A stretch of 64,000 nt of DNA from Flavobacteriales bacterium (GCA_014381465.1 JACNLP010000027.1:1685-65684), one strand, 5' to 3'; positions 50,457 through 61,101 are shown, counted from the stretch's first letter. Notes: generated from the sequence alone by a model not told the origin. A program made the numbers and translations.

Positions 50457-51455
50457 TTAGTCATTCAGTTTTTTCCAGATTAAATCTTTAAGTTCCGTTA
50501 GCCCTTGTTGAGCAACTGAGGAAATGAAAAGGGAAGGTAAATCTTTCGGTAATTCTTTTGCTATTTCTGCTTTCAGTTCATCATCTAACATATCGGATTT
50601 ACTAATGGCCAATATCCTGTCTTTATCAAGTAATTCAGGATTGTATTTTTGTAATTCCCCTAAAAGTATTTCATACTCTTTTGCAATATCATCCGAATCA
50701 GCAGGAACCATAAATAGCAAAGTTGAATTTCGTTCAATGTGGCGTAAAAATCGTAATCCTAATCCTTTTCCTTCAGCAGCTCCTTCAATAATTCCTGGAA
50801 TATCTGCCATAATAAAAGATTTATCTCCTCTATAAGAAACAATCCCTAAATTGGGAACCAAAGTAGTAAATGGATAATTTGCAATTTCTGGTTTTGCAGC
50901 CGAAACGACTGAAAGTAAAGTTGATTTTCCTGCATTCGGAAATCCTACCAAACCAATATCAGCCAATACTTTTAACTCTAAAATAAACCATCCCTCCGTA
51001 ACATCTATTCCAGGCTGTGCATATCTAGGAGATTGATTTGTGGGCGATTTGAAATGAGAATTTCCTCTACCGCCCATACCGCCTTTCACTAGGATGTGCT
51101 CCTGTCCATTTTCTGTTATTTCAAATAAAATTTCTCCGCTTGCTGCATCTTTTCCAATGGTGCCTAATGGCACTTCTAAATAACTACTTGCTCCATCTTT
51201 TCCGTGCTTGTGATTGCCGCTTCCGACTCCACCGTGCTCGGCAAAAATATGTTTTTTGTATTTAAGATGCAGCAAGGTCCACATTTGCTCATTTCCTTTA
51301 ATGATGATATGCCCACCATCACCTCCATCTCCACCATCAGGACCTCCTTTTGCAGTAGTTTTATCCCTTAAAAAATGAGCAGAGCCTGCTCCTCCTTTTC
51401 CAGAACGGCAAAAGATTTTTACATAATCTACAAAGTTGGAATTTTTGACTTTCAT
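50457..51455 (-). CDS. obgE: GTPase ObgE
   Basis: Gly-rich Obg fold, [17 protein letters not shown] motifs. Confidence 0.96.
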   Translation of the reverse strand: MKVKNSNFVDYVKIFCRSGKGGAGSAHFLRDKTTAKGGPDGGDGGDGGHIIIKGNEQMWTLLHLKYKKHIFAEHGGVGSGNHKHGKDGASSYLEVPLGTIGKDAASGEILFEITENGQEHILVKGGMGGRGNSHFKSPTNQSPRYAQPGIDVTEGWFILELKVLADIGLVGFPNAGKSTLLSVVSAAKPEIANYPFTTLVPNLGIVSYRGDKSFIMADIPGIIEGAAEGKGLGLRFLRHIERNSTLLFMVPADSDDIAKEYEILLGELQKYNPELLDKDRILAISKSDMLDDELKAEIAKELPKDLPSLFISSVAQQGLTELKDLIWKKLND

Positions 51456-52027
51456 TAGATACTATCAATTACTTCATTTAGTTTTTCGGCAATATCAGAA
51501 ATACTGCCAATGCCTTCTATTTCACTGAGTTTATTTTGTGCTGCATAAAACTCTTTAAGTGGTGCCGTTTTGTTGTTGTATTCCTGAATTCTGTTGGCAA
51601 TGATTTCCTCATTTTTATCGTCCTCACGCCCAGAGTTTTTTCCTCTTTCCAATAATCTTCTAATGAGTTCTTCATCTTCTACTTTTAAAGACAACATAGC
51701 CGAAATTGCCGTTCCTTTTTCTGCTAGCAAATTATCCAAAGCAGTTGCTTGTGCGGCTGTTCTTGGGAATCCATCAAAAATAAATCCCTTTGCTGTTGGG
51801 TTATTGTCTAACTTGGAAGATATCATACCAATCACTACTTCATCCGGAACTAAATCTCCTCTGTCCATTAGTGTTTTTGCCTTCATCCCCAGTGCAGTTC
51901 CTGCTGCAATTTCTCCTCTTAAAATATCGCCAGTGGATAAATGCACTAAATTGTATTTGTCAATCAGTAGGTTCGATTGTGTTCCTTTTCCGGCACCCGG
52001 AGGGCCAAATAATACTAAGTTTAACAT
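51455..52027 (-). CDS. adk: Adenylate kinase
   Basis: [19 protein letters not shown] motifs. Confidence 0.96.
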   Translation of the reverse strand: MLNLVLFGPPGAGKGTQSNLLIDKYNLVHLSTGDILRGEIAAGTALGMKAKTLMDRGDLVPDEVVIGMISSKLDNNPTAKGFIFDGFPRTAAQATALDNLLAEKGTAISAMLSLKVEDEELIRRLLERGKNSGREDDKNEEIIANRIQEYNNKTAPLKEFYAAQNKLSEIEGIGSISDIAEKLNEVIDSI

Positions 52028-52032
52028 TGTTT

Positions 52033-52572
52033 TTATTCGTTTTTGAGTTTATAAATGTGCGGCAAATTACGACCAATTTCGTCATAATCCAATCCATATC
52101 CTACTACAAAATCATTAGGAATATTTTTTCCGATTAAATCGATAGGAATATCTTTATCATACACCTCCGCTTTATGCAGAAGCGTTACAATTTTTAAGGA
52201 TTTAATATTTTCATTTTTTAGCAAATCAGTAATTTTCACCAAAGTGTTTCCCGTATCAATAATATCTTCCAAAACAATTACATTTCTTCCTGTTATATCC
52301 TCACCGATACCAATAAGTTCGTTTACTTTTCCAGTAGATTCAGTGCCTTCATAGGAAGCAAGTTTAATAAATGAGATTTCTGCATTTGCAAGTGTAATTT
52401 GTCGCATTACATCTGCTGCAAACAAAAAAGCCCCATTCATTACGGCAATAAATAAGGGGTTTTCTATCTTGCTTTTATTGATGTCATTAGCAATTTTAGC
52501 AACAATTTGCTGTATTTCTTTTTCAGAAATAAAAATCTCAAATGTTTTATCGTGTAGTTTTAAACTGTTCAT
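52033..52572 (-). CDS. hpt: Hypoxanthine phosphoribosyltransferase
   Basis: VLEDIIDTG and FVVGYGLD motifs. Confidence 0.92.
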   Translation of the reverse strand: MNSLKLHDKTFEIFISEKEIQQIVAKIANDINKSKIENPLFIAVMNGAFLFAADVMRQITLANAEISFIKLASYEGTESTGKVNELIGIGEDITGRNVIVLEDIIDTGNTLVKITDLLKNENIKSLKIVTLLHKAEVYDKDIPIDLIGKNIPNDFVVGYGLDYDEIGRNLPHIYKLKNE

Positions 52573-53192
52573 TTTTTAAAATAATTTACATACCACTCAT
52601 GTTTGTCATGGTCTTTAACGCTATCTTTAATTGTTTAGTTTTTAATTATTTTAGAATATAGAATTTCTAATGATTCAAAATCTCTTTGGCTTATTACTTT
52701 AAATCCATTTTTATGGAGTTGTGCAGCACAAACCCCCATTCCTATTTGATAAATCGGATTTTCTGATTTTCTATTTCCATCATAAATCACTTGACTTCCG
52801 CATGCAGCACTTATATCCATCAATATTGCTAATTCAACTTTCTCTTTTTTAGCAATATCTAACATTTTTAATGATGAATTAATCATTCCATCCGTCCAAT
52901 CAATTCCAGATTCTGTAATCACTTTTGCATTTCCATTTAATACATCTATCCCTTCTCCTCCGTGAATATCAGATATTTCTCTTGGTGTTCCATAAGAATA
53001 ATCCTCAGGGCAAAAAGGAATTATTTTAACATTCTTGCATTTTGACAAATTTAAAATTTCTAATTTGGAATAATGACCCCCTTCCCAACCACACATTGTC
53101 CCAATTAAACAAGCACTTGTTAAAATGCGTAATGGATTCTCAATTGTAGGAACTCTTAAATTATTTAAATATTTTTTGTCAGTCATGTTCAA
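52569..53192 (-). CDS. DUF523 / 2-thiouracil desulfidase-like protein, with an in-frame TAA at 52635-52637
   Basis: SACL.G, FCPE..GTPRE, SAACG motifs; frame continues 21 codons past the TAA to a TGA overlapping the hpt ATG. Confidence 0.7.
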
Positions 53193-54895
53193 TTATTACT
53201 CCAAACTTTTCTTAAAACAATTTGCTCATCAGTTGCATTGTCTTGTTTTACTAATTCCAATAATTGGTAATGATTTCCAACTTTTAGAGTAATATCTTTT
53301 TCTGAGAATTTCTTCTTAATTGTAAATACAACTTCCTTTTTGCAATCTTTTAAGATATCGGATAATTTTCCTTCTATTTTATTTCCATTTACTTTTGTAA
53401 TTTCATCTTCAGGAGCAATACCATTTTTGTCGGTTACGGAATTTGGCTCTACTTTTTTGATAACTACCTTTCCATCTTCTTTTACAGCAACAAAACCAAA
53501 ATACTGAGCAGATAGATTTGTATTTTTCTTTTCTTTTAGTTCAATACCAACTGTATCCAAAGCAGATTTTAAAGTAGGAATGTAGTCCATAGTTCCATAA
53601 ATATGGTTTTCAAAAATTTCTGCAACTTTCAGTCCTCCAAATCTTACACATATATTTCTGAAATCATCTTCTGAATATCCTTTTCCTTTTAAAGCAAAAT
53701 CTTCATACAATTCTTTCATTACAGAATGTAGGCTGCCTTTTCCATCTGAGTTACTGATAATCTCTAAATCAATCATAAGCATACAAAGTGCTGCATCTGG
53801 GTAAATTGAAGTTTTACGATCAGGTGCACCCAATTTATATCCATCTAACCAATTGTCAAAACCACTATCTGCAACTGAAAGATTGAATCTCCCATAGTTT
53901 GTGAGGTGTCTTTCAATATTTTGGTTTTGTGTTTTTGCAAATGATTCCCAATTAAATACTCCCGAGTTGTATAGCATCATGTCTCCCATGTAGGTTGTAA
54001 CTCCTTCTGCTACAAATCCTGTTCTAAAGTAATTTTCACCGGTATAATTATAAGGATACATTTCTACTGGGCGAATTGCTTTTATGTTCCAAGTATGGTA
54101 TAATTCATGTGAACAAACTCCCAATAAATCTTCATAACGCTTGTCCATTATTTCGTTTCCTGGACCTAAAAGTAAAACCGTATTTTTGGTATGTTCTACA
54201 CCATGGTAACTTCTATAAGGTGTAATCTGAAAAAAGAAATGGTACTCATCAACAGGAAAACCTCCAAAGTGCTTTATTTGACTTTTAGTATAGGCAATAA
54301 AATCTGTATTTAACTTGTCCCAATCAGGTTTGCATTCTCCTTGAAACCATAAATGAAATGTAATTCCATCTACCTCATAAGTTCCGTGTTGAAGTGAGTC
54401 CGAACAAATGATTGGAGATTCGGCTAGTAAATCATAACCTTTTATGCTTAGCGTATTCCCTTTTTGCTCCATTGAGGAAGCAATTTTATAGTGCTTTGGA
54501 ATGTCTAAGTTTAAAGTATATTCTTCCTCCATTCTATCCACAATATAAAACATACAATGTACAGGGTTTAGGTAGAGTTGGTGCTCGTCTAAATAGCAAG
54601 CTCCAGCATCTAATTGGTTGGCATAAAAATTATAGACAACCGTAATTTCCATTGCATCTTTGGTTTCTACTTCCCATAAATCTTTTGTGATTTTTTTGAA
54701 TGCTAGTGGATTATTATTCTCATCAAAGGCACCCCATTTTTGAATGTTCTGAGAAAAATTTGCCAATTCATATCTTCCTGGTCTCCATGCCGAAAGTTGA
54801 AAGCGCATTTTTTCTTTCCCTAAAGTTGAGGTAGTAAATTCAAAATCAACATAATGTCTATGCGGATTGTTATATGAAATGTTGTAATGTATCAT
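53189..54895 (-). CDS. M61 glycyl aminopeptidase with PDZ domain
   Basis: WRPGRY, GVEH, HELYHTWN, AEG motifs; C-terminal PDZ. Confidence 0.9.
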   Translation of the reverse strand: MIHYNISYNNPHRHYVDFEFTTSTLGKEKMRFQLSAWRPGRYELANFSQNIQKWGAFDENNNPLAFKKITKDLWEVETKDAMEITVVYNFYANQLDAGACYLDEHQLYLNPVHCMFYIVDRMEEEYTLNLDIPKHYKIASSMEQKGNTLSIKGYDLLAESPIICSDSLQHGTYEVDGITFHLWFQGECKPDWDKLNTDFIAYTKSQIKHFGGFPVDEYHFFFQITPYRSYHGVEHTKNTVLLLGPGNEIMDKRYEDLLGVCSHELYHTWNIKAIRPVEMYPYNYTGENYFRTGFVAEGVTTYMGDMMLYNSGVFNWESFAKTQNQNIERHLTNYGRFNLSVADSGFDNWLDGYKLGAPDRKTSIYPDAALCMLMIDLEIISNSDGKGSLHSVMKELYEDFALKGKGYSEDDFRNICVRFGGLKVAEIFENHIYGTMDYIPTLKSALDTVGIELKEKKNTNLSAQYFGFVAVKEDGKVVIKKVEPNSVTDKNGIAPEDEITKVNGNKIEGKLSDILKDCKKEVVFTIKKKFSEKDITLKVGNHYQLLELVKQDNATDEQIVLRKVWSNN

Positions 54896-54997
54896 TTGTT
54901 TTTATAAAGGTGCGAAAATACAAATTTTAAGGAGGATATAGTTTAATTGAAAGAACTACATTTTTACTACATTTGCAGTCAAACGAAAAGTAAAGAA

Positions 54998-56101
54998 ATG
55001 AAGAAAGAAGATGTAAAGTATGATTGCAGGTATTTTCAGGGGCATATTCCGTGTAAACCTAATAAATTGCATGATGTGCAATGTGATGATTGTACACATT
55101 ATGACAAGGTTGAAACTAAAATTTTATTTATAAAATTAGGTGCTATTGGGGATGTGATTAGAACTACTCCGCTACTTACTAAGTACAAGGAAAAGTACCC
55201 AAATTGCCATTTCACATGGATTACATTAAGCCCTCAAGTTTTGCCAAAGGATAAAGTTGATGTAGTTTATAAATGGGATGCTACCTCATTATATATTTTA
55301 GAAAATGAGCAGTTTGATATTGCCATTAACCTAGATAAAGATAAGGAAGCTTGTATGCTACTTTCCAATGTTATTGCTAAAGAAAAATTCGGATTTACTT
55401 GGAAGGATAATCACATAAATACTGCAACTGAAAAAGCAGAACACAAATTGATTACTGGGCTTTTTGATCATATCTCAAAGAAGAATACTAAAAATTATTT
55501 AGAGGAGATTTTTGAAATCTGTCATTTTGAGTTTAATAAAGAAGAATACATGATTAACTTAAATGAAAGTTTAAGTGAAAAATGGAAAGCTAAGTTTGAG
55601 AAATTGGCAAATGGAAAAACCATAATTGGTTTAAATACCGGCTGTGGATTAAGATGGAAAACTCGCCTTTGGCCAAAAGAATACTGGGTGGAACTCATTA
55701 AGGATTTGGAAAAACAGGGCTATTTCTGTTTGTTGATGGGAGGCCCTGATGAAGATGAAATGAACAACCATTATGCAAAGCAAACAAAAGCAACTTATTT
55801 AGGAACTTTCTCTTTAGAGGAATTTATTTCTATCACAGATAATACAGATATAATTGTAACTCCAGTAAGCATGATGATGCACATTGCATTAGCACTTAAA
55901 AAACAATTGATGTTGTTTCATAACATATTTAATGTGCATGAATTTGAACTCTACGGAAGAGGGATTATTATTGAGCCTACTAGTGGTTGCGACTGCTATT
56001 TTGGGAATAGTTGTAGCAGAGAAAAAAGATGTATGTATGATATTTCTGTGCAAGATGTTTTAAGTAATATTGCAGACTTAAATAAAAACTTAAAAAAATA
56101 A
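54998..56101 (+). CDS. Glycosyltransferase family 9 (heptosyltransferase-like)
   Basis: IKLGAIGDV and RLWP motifs; N-terminal Cys cluster; start moved to ATG 54998. Confidence 0.82.
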   Translation: MKKEDVKYDCRYFQGHIPCKPNKLHDVQCDDCTHYDKVETKILFIKLGAIGDVIRTTPLLTKYKEKYPNCHFTWITLSPQVLPKDKVDVVYKWDATSLYILENEQFDIAINLDKDKEACMLLSNVIAKEKFGFTWKDNHINTATEKAEHKLITGLFDHISKKNTKNYLEEIFEICHFEFNKEEYMINLNESLSEKWKAKFEKLANGKTIIGLNTGCGLRWKTRLWPKEYWVELIKDLEKQGYFCLLMGGPDEDEMNNHYAKQTKATYLGTFSLEEFISITDNTDIIVTPVSMMMHIALALKKQLMLFHNIFNVHEFELYGRGIIIEPTSGCDCYFGNSCSREKRCMYDISVQDVLSNIADLNKNLKK

Positions 56102-56107
56102 GAAAAT

Positions 56108-57493
56108 ATGAACTTTGATGTTATCGTATTAGGAAGTGGTCCTGGAGGATATGTAACGGCTATCCGTGCTTCACAATTAGGATTAAAAGTAGCAGTTGTT
56201 GAAAAAGAACACTTAGGTGGTATTTGCTTAAACTGGGGATGTATCCCGACTAAAGCATTGTTAAAATCAGCACAGGTTTTTGAATACATTAGCCATGCTG
56301 AAGATTACGGAATTACGGTAAAAGATGCAAATGCTGACTTCCCATCTATCATTAAAAGAAGTAGAGATGTTGCTGAAGGAATGAGTAAAGGAATTGCTTA
56401 CCTTTTAAAGAAAAATAAAGTTGAGGTTATCAATGGTTTTGGAAAAGTAAAACCAGGAAATAAAGTAAGTGTTACTGCTGATGGAAAAGTGGCTGATTAC
56501 ACAGCAAAACACATTATTATAGCAACAGGAGCAAGAAGTAGAGAATTACCTAACTTACCACAAGATGGTAAAAAAGTAATTGGTTACCGTGAGGCACTTA
56601 GCCTGCCAACTGCACCTAAAAAAATGGTGATTGTTGGGTCAGGAGCGATTGGTGTTGAGTTCGCTTATTTCTATAATGCAATGGGTGTTGATGTTACTGT
56701 GGTTGAGTTTATGCCAAACATTGTACCTGTTGAGGATGTTGATGTTTCTAAGCAATTACAAAGATCATTCAAAAAATCAGGAATTAAAGTAAAGACTAAA
56801 TCATCAGTTGAGAAAGTAGATACTAAAGGAACGGGTTGTAAAGTATTAGTTAAAACGAAAAAAGGAGAAGAAACTATTGAATGTGATGTGGTATTATCAG
56901 CTGTTGGTATTGCTGCTAATATTGAGAATATCGGATTAGAAGAAGTAGGAATTAAAACGGATAGAGGTAGAATTTTAGTGGATGATTACTACAACACAAA
57001 TGTAAACGGATACTATGCAATTGGTGATGTATTGCCAACTCAAGCTTTGGCACATGTTGCTTCAGCTGAAGGAATTACTTGTGTAGAAAAAATTGCAGGA
57101 CATAATCCTGAGCCAATTGATTACGGAAATATTCCTGCATGTACTTATGCTAGTCCAGAGATTGCATCAGTAGGAATGACAGAGGCTGCTGCAAAAGAAG
57201 CAGGATATGAAATTAAAGTAGGGAAGTTCCCATTTACAGCATCAGGTAAAGCATCTGCAGCAGGACATAAGGATGGTTTTGTAAAAGTTATTTTTGATGC
57301 AAAATATGGGGAGTGGTTAGGTTGCCATATGATAGGATACAATGTTACAGAAATGATTGCTGAGGCAGTGGTTGCTCGTAAGTTGGAAACTACAGGACAT
57401 GAAGTATTAAAGGCTGTTCACCCTCACCCAACTATGAGTGAAGCTGTGATGGAAGCAGTTGCTGATGCTTATGATGAGGTGATACATATTTAA
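56108..57493 (+). CDS. lpdA: Dihydrolipoyl dehydrogenase
   Basis: GSGPGGY, GGICLNWGCIPTK, HPHPTMSE motifs. Confidence 0.96.
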   Translation: MNFDVIVLGSGPGGYVTAIRASQLGLKVAVVEKEHLGGICLNWGCIPTKALLKSAQVFEYISHAEDYGITVKDANADFPSIIKRSRDVAEGMSKGIAYLLKKNKVEVINGFGKVKPGNKVSVTADGKVADYTAKHIIIATGARSRELPNLPQDGKKVIGYREALSLPTAPKKMVIVGSGAIGVEFAYFYNAMGVDVTVVEFMPNIVPVEDVDVSKQLQRSFKKSGIKVKTKSSVEKVDTKGTGCKVLVKTKKGEETIECDVVLSAVGIAANIENIGLEEVGIKTDRGRILVDDYYNTNVNGYYAIGDVLPTQALAHVASAEGITCVEKIAGHNPEPIDYGNIPACTYASPEIASVGMTEAAAKEAGYEIKVGKFPFTASGKASAAGHKDGFVKVIFDAKYGEWLGCHMIGYNVTEMIAEAVVARKLETTGHEVLKAVHPHPTMSEAVMEAVADAYDEVIHI

Positions 57494-57499
57494 AAAACA

Positions 57500-57605
57500 T
57501 TTGTCATCCTGAATGAAATGAAGGATCTCGCTTTAAATGTTTTTTAGATTTTAGTATTGAGATATTAGAAGTTAGACTTAAAGCCCACCAATTTGGTGGG
57601 CTTTT
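57500..57605. repeat. Direct repeat copy 1 (GTCA hairpin + 7-bp periodic tract + terminator)
   Basis: Matches 58136-58227, which lacks 14 bp (two heptamers). Confidence 0.88.
57580..57605 (+). terminator. Intrinsic terminator after lpdA
   Basis: AAAGCCCACCAA-T-TTGGTGGGCTTTT. Confidence 0.8.
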
Positions 57606-57615
57606 CTTTTATAAA

Positions 57616-57709
57616 TCTCTCCCTTAATAAGGGGAGAACCCAAGCATTGGGAGAGGGGTGTTTTTGTAAAGGATTACACACCCCCAACCCCTCTTTTTAG
57701 AGGGGAGTG
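57616..57709. repeat. Inverted pair of CCCCTC/GAGGGG-type GC-rich hairpin repeats
   Basis: CTCCCTTAATAAGGGGAG...GAGAGGGGTG and ACACCCCCAACCCCTCTTTTTAGAGGGGAG; third related copy at 58104-58134. Confidence 0.6.
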
Positions 57710-57764
57710 TATACTAAAATTTATTTTTTGTAATATTGCTTAATAATAACCTATAATTTTTATC

Positions 57765-58046
57765 ATGAAAAAACTAATTGTATCCGGGCTAATGATTATT
57801 TCTGTTTCTGCATTCTCACAAAGCACTTCTAAAACTTACAAATCAGGTAAGGCAACTATAACCGTTTGGGAAAACCAAAAAACAGGTGTTAATGGAGATT
57901 ATACTGAAAGAAATTATGAAGTAAATAAAATCTACAAGAAAGGAAACCAGTGGAAAGAAACAAATAATTTCACTTATTCTGAATTATTAAAATTGAGAGC
58001 AATAATCGATAAAGCCATCTTAGAAGAAGAGATTAAAGTAGATTAA
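57765..58046 (+). CDS. Small exported hypothetical protein (cargo between direct repeats)
   Basis: 93 aa; signal peptide MKKLIVSGLMIISVSAFSQ. Confidence 0.65.
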   Translation: MKKLIVSGLMIISVSAFSQSTSKTYKSGKATITVWENQKTGVNGDYTERNYEVNKIYKKGNQWKETNNFTYSELLKLRAIIDKAILEEEIKVD

Positions 58047-58135
58047 TTTGTCATCTTGAGCTTGTTGAAATGTAGTTTATTCGGTGAAACCAAAGATCTC
58101 TCTTTCCCTCTTGGGAGGGGATTAAGGGAAGGGTT

Positions 58136-58227
58136 TTTGTCATCCTGAATGAAATGAAGGATCTCGTTTTAAATGTTTTTTAGATTTTAGAAGTTAGACT
58201 TAAAGCCCACCAATTTGGAGGGTTTTT
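58136..58227. repeat. Direct repeat copy 2
   Basis: See copy 1; terminator stem partly degenerate. Confidence 0.88.
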
Positions 58228-58272
58228 TGCATTTATTATTTTTTTACTAACTTTGTGCATTAACAAGAAATT

Positions 58273-58542
58273 ATGAAATTAGATAAATTTTGCCAAAGCT
58301 GCATGATGCCAAAAGAAAGTACAATGTTTAAAGCCTCTACTGAAAAAGATGGAACATTAAACACTAACTATTGTAATTACTGTTATAGTTTTGGAGAATT
58401 CTCCATGCCAGACACTATAAAAACTGCTAAAGACATGCAGGAAATGGTAAAAACTCAACTCAAAAAACAAGGTGTAGGAAAAGTTAAAAGATGGTTTTAC
58501 ACTATTGGTATTCCAAAATTAGAAAGGTGGAATAAGAATTAA
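58273..58542 (+). CDS. Putative zinc-ribbon domain protein
   Basis: CQSCMMP...E.DGT...YCNYCY and terminal L.RW motif. Confidence 0.8.
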   Translation: MKLDKFCQSCMMPKESTMFKASTEKDGTLNTNYCNYCYSFGEFSMPDTIKTAKDMQEMVKTQLKKQGVGKVKRWFYTIGIPKLERWNKN

Positions 58543-58603
58543 ATTTATTAGATTGAAGAATGAAAAAGCGGAGTTTCTCGTTTTTTTGTAGTACAGGGTC
58601 TAT

Positions 58604-59212
58604 TTACAAATTCAATATTTCAGATTTGCTTTCTAATGTGCCTGCCCATTGTTTTGCTTCTGCTTCTGAGAAGTATGGACCAAGATATACTCTATAAATT
58701 TGTTCGTTCGAATTGGATACAGAAGGCAAAAAGAAATAATTAGCAGCATAACCTTCATTAGTTTTCTTATTCATCAGTTCAATAGCAGCATTTTCATCTT
58801 CAAATGAAGATAATATTACAAGGTGTTTTGCTTCTCCAAAATCAAGGGAATATTGCAGTGGAGCTGCTTCTTCTGAGGTTATTTGCTCAGAAACTTCATT
58901 GTTTTTTGGGATAAATGCACTCAGGTCAAAATTTGTGTAAAGATAATATCCGCCACCAATTAAGATGACTAAAATTAAAAGTCTTACAAAAACTTTAGAT
59001 GAAAAACCAGAAGGTTTTTTTTCTTTTATGTCTTCATTTACTAGGATAACATCCTCATCTGAACTTTGTGTAGCCTTAGGATTATAAGTAGGATAAGCAG
59101 GGGTGTTCTCAACTCTTGGTTGTTGCGTTTGCTGAGATTCTTGTTTGCTTTTTATTTGCCCAAGTCTTTCTTGCAGAATTCTTAACCTTTGTTCATTGTC
59201 ATTGTGTTCCAT
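58604..59212 (-). CDS. SPOR domain membrane protein
   Basis: Single TM; C-terminal YRVYLGPY...AEA. Confidence 0.7.
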   Translation of the reverse strand: MEHNDNEQRLRILQERLGQIKSKQESQQTQQPRVENTPAYPTYNPKATQSSDEDVILVNEDIKEKKPSGFSSKVFVRLLILVILIGGGYYLYTNFDLSAFIPKNNEVSEQITSEEAAPLQYSLDFGEAKHLVILSSFEDENAAIELMNKKTNEGYAANYFFLPSVSNSNEQIYRVYLGPYFSEAEAKQWAGTLESKSEILNL

Positions 59213-59242
59213 AATGTGTTATTTTTTACGGCTGTAAATATA

Positions 59243-60211
59243 TTACTTATTAAGCGTGTTTTCAATAGTAATCTCAAAAAGTTCTGAAAGTTTGTATCCC
59301 GCCTGTTTTGCTTGCTTTGGAATTATGCTTTCGGTAGAGAGTCCTGGAATAGTATTTATTTCTATAAGATATACCTTTCCTTTTATGATAATATAATCGA
59401 TTCTTACGATTCCTTTTAACCCTAGTTTTTGATAGATTTTTTTTGTAATACTTTGTATTTTTTTAGTTTCTTCTTTGCTGATTCTCGCAGGGGTTATTTC
59501 ATCAGAAAGCCCTTTATATTTTGCTTCATAGTCAAAAAAGTCGTTATGGCTTACAATTTCAGTAAGCGGAAAAACTTTAATTTTTTCATCTGTAAAAACA
59601 CCGCAACTTACTTCTGATCCATCAATAAATTGTTCAATTAGTACTTGGTCATCATGTTCTAGAGCTAACTGAATGGCATCTATTAATTCTTCCTTTTTCA
59701 TTACTTTACTAATACCAAAACTAGACCCTGCACTATTTGGCTTTACAAAACAAGGCAAATCAACTTTCTGGATAATTTCTCTTGTGTTGATTTTATCTCC
59801 CTTTTTATAAAAATAAGATTTAGCACATCTAAAACCCATCCCTTTCAAAGTTTCATTACATTTATATTTATCAAAAGTTAATGCAGATTCTTTTGCTCCA
59901 GAGCAGTTGTAGGGCAATCCTATACTATCAAAATAAATTTGTAACTCTCCATTTTCGGCAGGTGGTCCGTGCAAAGCCATAAAAGCCAAATCAAAATTAA
60001 TTTTTCTGTTTTTATTCTGAAACGAAAAATCATTTTTATCAATTACTAATCGTGTTTTATCCATTATTACCTCCCACTTATCTTCTTTTATATGCACGAT
60101 TATTGCTTTATATTTATCCTTAGAAAGATTTGCTTCTACTACCTTAGCAGATTGCAAAGATATTTCGTATTCGGCAGAGTTCCCCCCTGTTATTATAGCT
60201 ATTGTTTTCAT
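59243..60211 (-). CDS. ddl: D-alanine--D-alanine ligase
   Basis: GG.S.EYEISL, LHG, KPNSAGSS.G, EINTIPG motifs. Confidence 0.95.
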   Translation of the reverse strand: MKTIAIITGGNSAEYEISLQSAKVVEANLSKDKYKAIIVHIKEDKWEVIMDKTRLVIDKNDFSFQNKNRKINFDLAFMALHGPPAENGELQIYFDSIGLPYNCSGAKESALTFDKYKCNETLKGMGFRCAKSYFYKKGDKINTREIIQKVDLPCFVKPNSAGSSFGISKVMKKEELIDAIQLALEHDDQVLIEQFIDGSEVSCGVFTDEKIKVFPLTEIVSHNDFFDYEAKYKGLSDEITPARISKEETKKIQSITKKIYQKLGLKGIVRIDYIIIKGKVYLIEINTIPGLSTESIIPKQAKQAGYKLSELFEITIENTLNK

Positions 60212-60333
60212 CTATTAATCTTAAACAGCAAAAGTAAAATATTTATTGTATTAAATAATATCCTTCAAAGGCATCATAATTTTTATATTTGTATTTCGTT
60301 TAGCTAATAAAATAAGCAATATTGGAACAGAAT

Positions 60334-61101
60334 ATGCAAAGTAAATCTTCATTTTTTTCTATGTTTAAAAATAGGGTTTTTTATAAGCAGATTATTTTTG
60401 CAATTGTTACTGTATTTCTTTGTTTTTATTTATGGTTAAAGTATATTGATTTTTATACTCTACATGATGAGTACATTGTATTACCCGATTTTTATGGTGT
60501 GGATATCCATGATTTGGATTCTGTTTGCATGGAGCTTGATTTAAGATATGTTATTATTGATTCTGTATTTAATAAAACGATAGAAAAAGGGTGTGTTTTG
60601 GAACAAGACCCAATTGCAGGAACAAAGGTGAAAGAAAATAGAAGAGTGTACTTTACTATTAACGCTTTGCAAAACAAGATTGTAATCTTTCCATATATTA
60701 CTGATTTATCTTTAAGGCAAACGGTAAGGAAGTTAGAGAACATAGGTTTAGTGGTAGGAAATTTAGAATATAAACCCGATTTGGCAAAAAATGTGGTGTT
60801 AAACCAGACAGTAAATGGCATAAAAATACAAGCGGGACAAGAGCTTTTTGTTGGCACAGCTGTGGATTTGGTAATTGGGAGCGGTTTAAGCGATAAAACA
60901 ACTAATATTCCTAACTTGCTTGGTCTTAATTTACAAAAAGCAAAAACAGAAATAAAGGTTGCCTCCTTAAATTTAGGTGCTGTAATTTTTAATGAAGGGA
61001 TAACAGATTCTTCAACTGCTGTGGTTTATAGGCAAAATCCGAAAGTAAATGAGAAAAGTAGAGTAAAGTTAGGAGCTTCAATAGATATATATTTACAATG
61101 A
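60334..61101 (+). CDS. PASTA domain-containing protein
   Basis: N-terminal TM and three PASTA-like repeats; conserved ddl-PASTA-rluA neighbourhood. Confidence 0.85.
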   Translation: MQSKSSFFSMFKNRVFYKQIIFAIVTVFLCFYLWLKYIDFYTLHDEYIVLPDFYGVDIHDLDSVCMELDLRYVIIDSVFNKTIEKGCVLEQDPIAGTKVKENRRVYFTINALQNKIVIFPYITDLSLRQTVRKLENIGLVVGNLEYKPDLAKNVVLNQTVNGIKIQAGQELFVGTAVDLVIGSGLSDKTTNIPNLLGLNLQKAKTEIKVASLNLGAVIFNEGITDSSTAVVYRQNPKVNEKSRVKLGASIDIYLQ

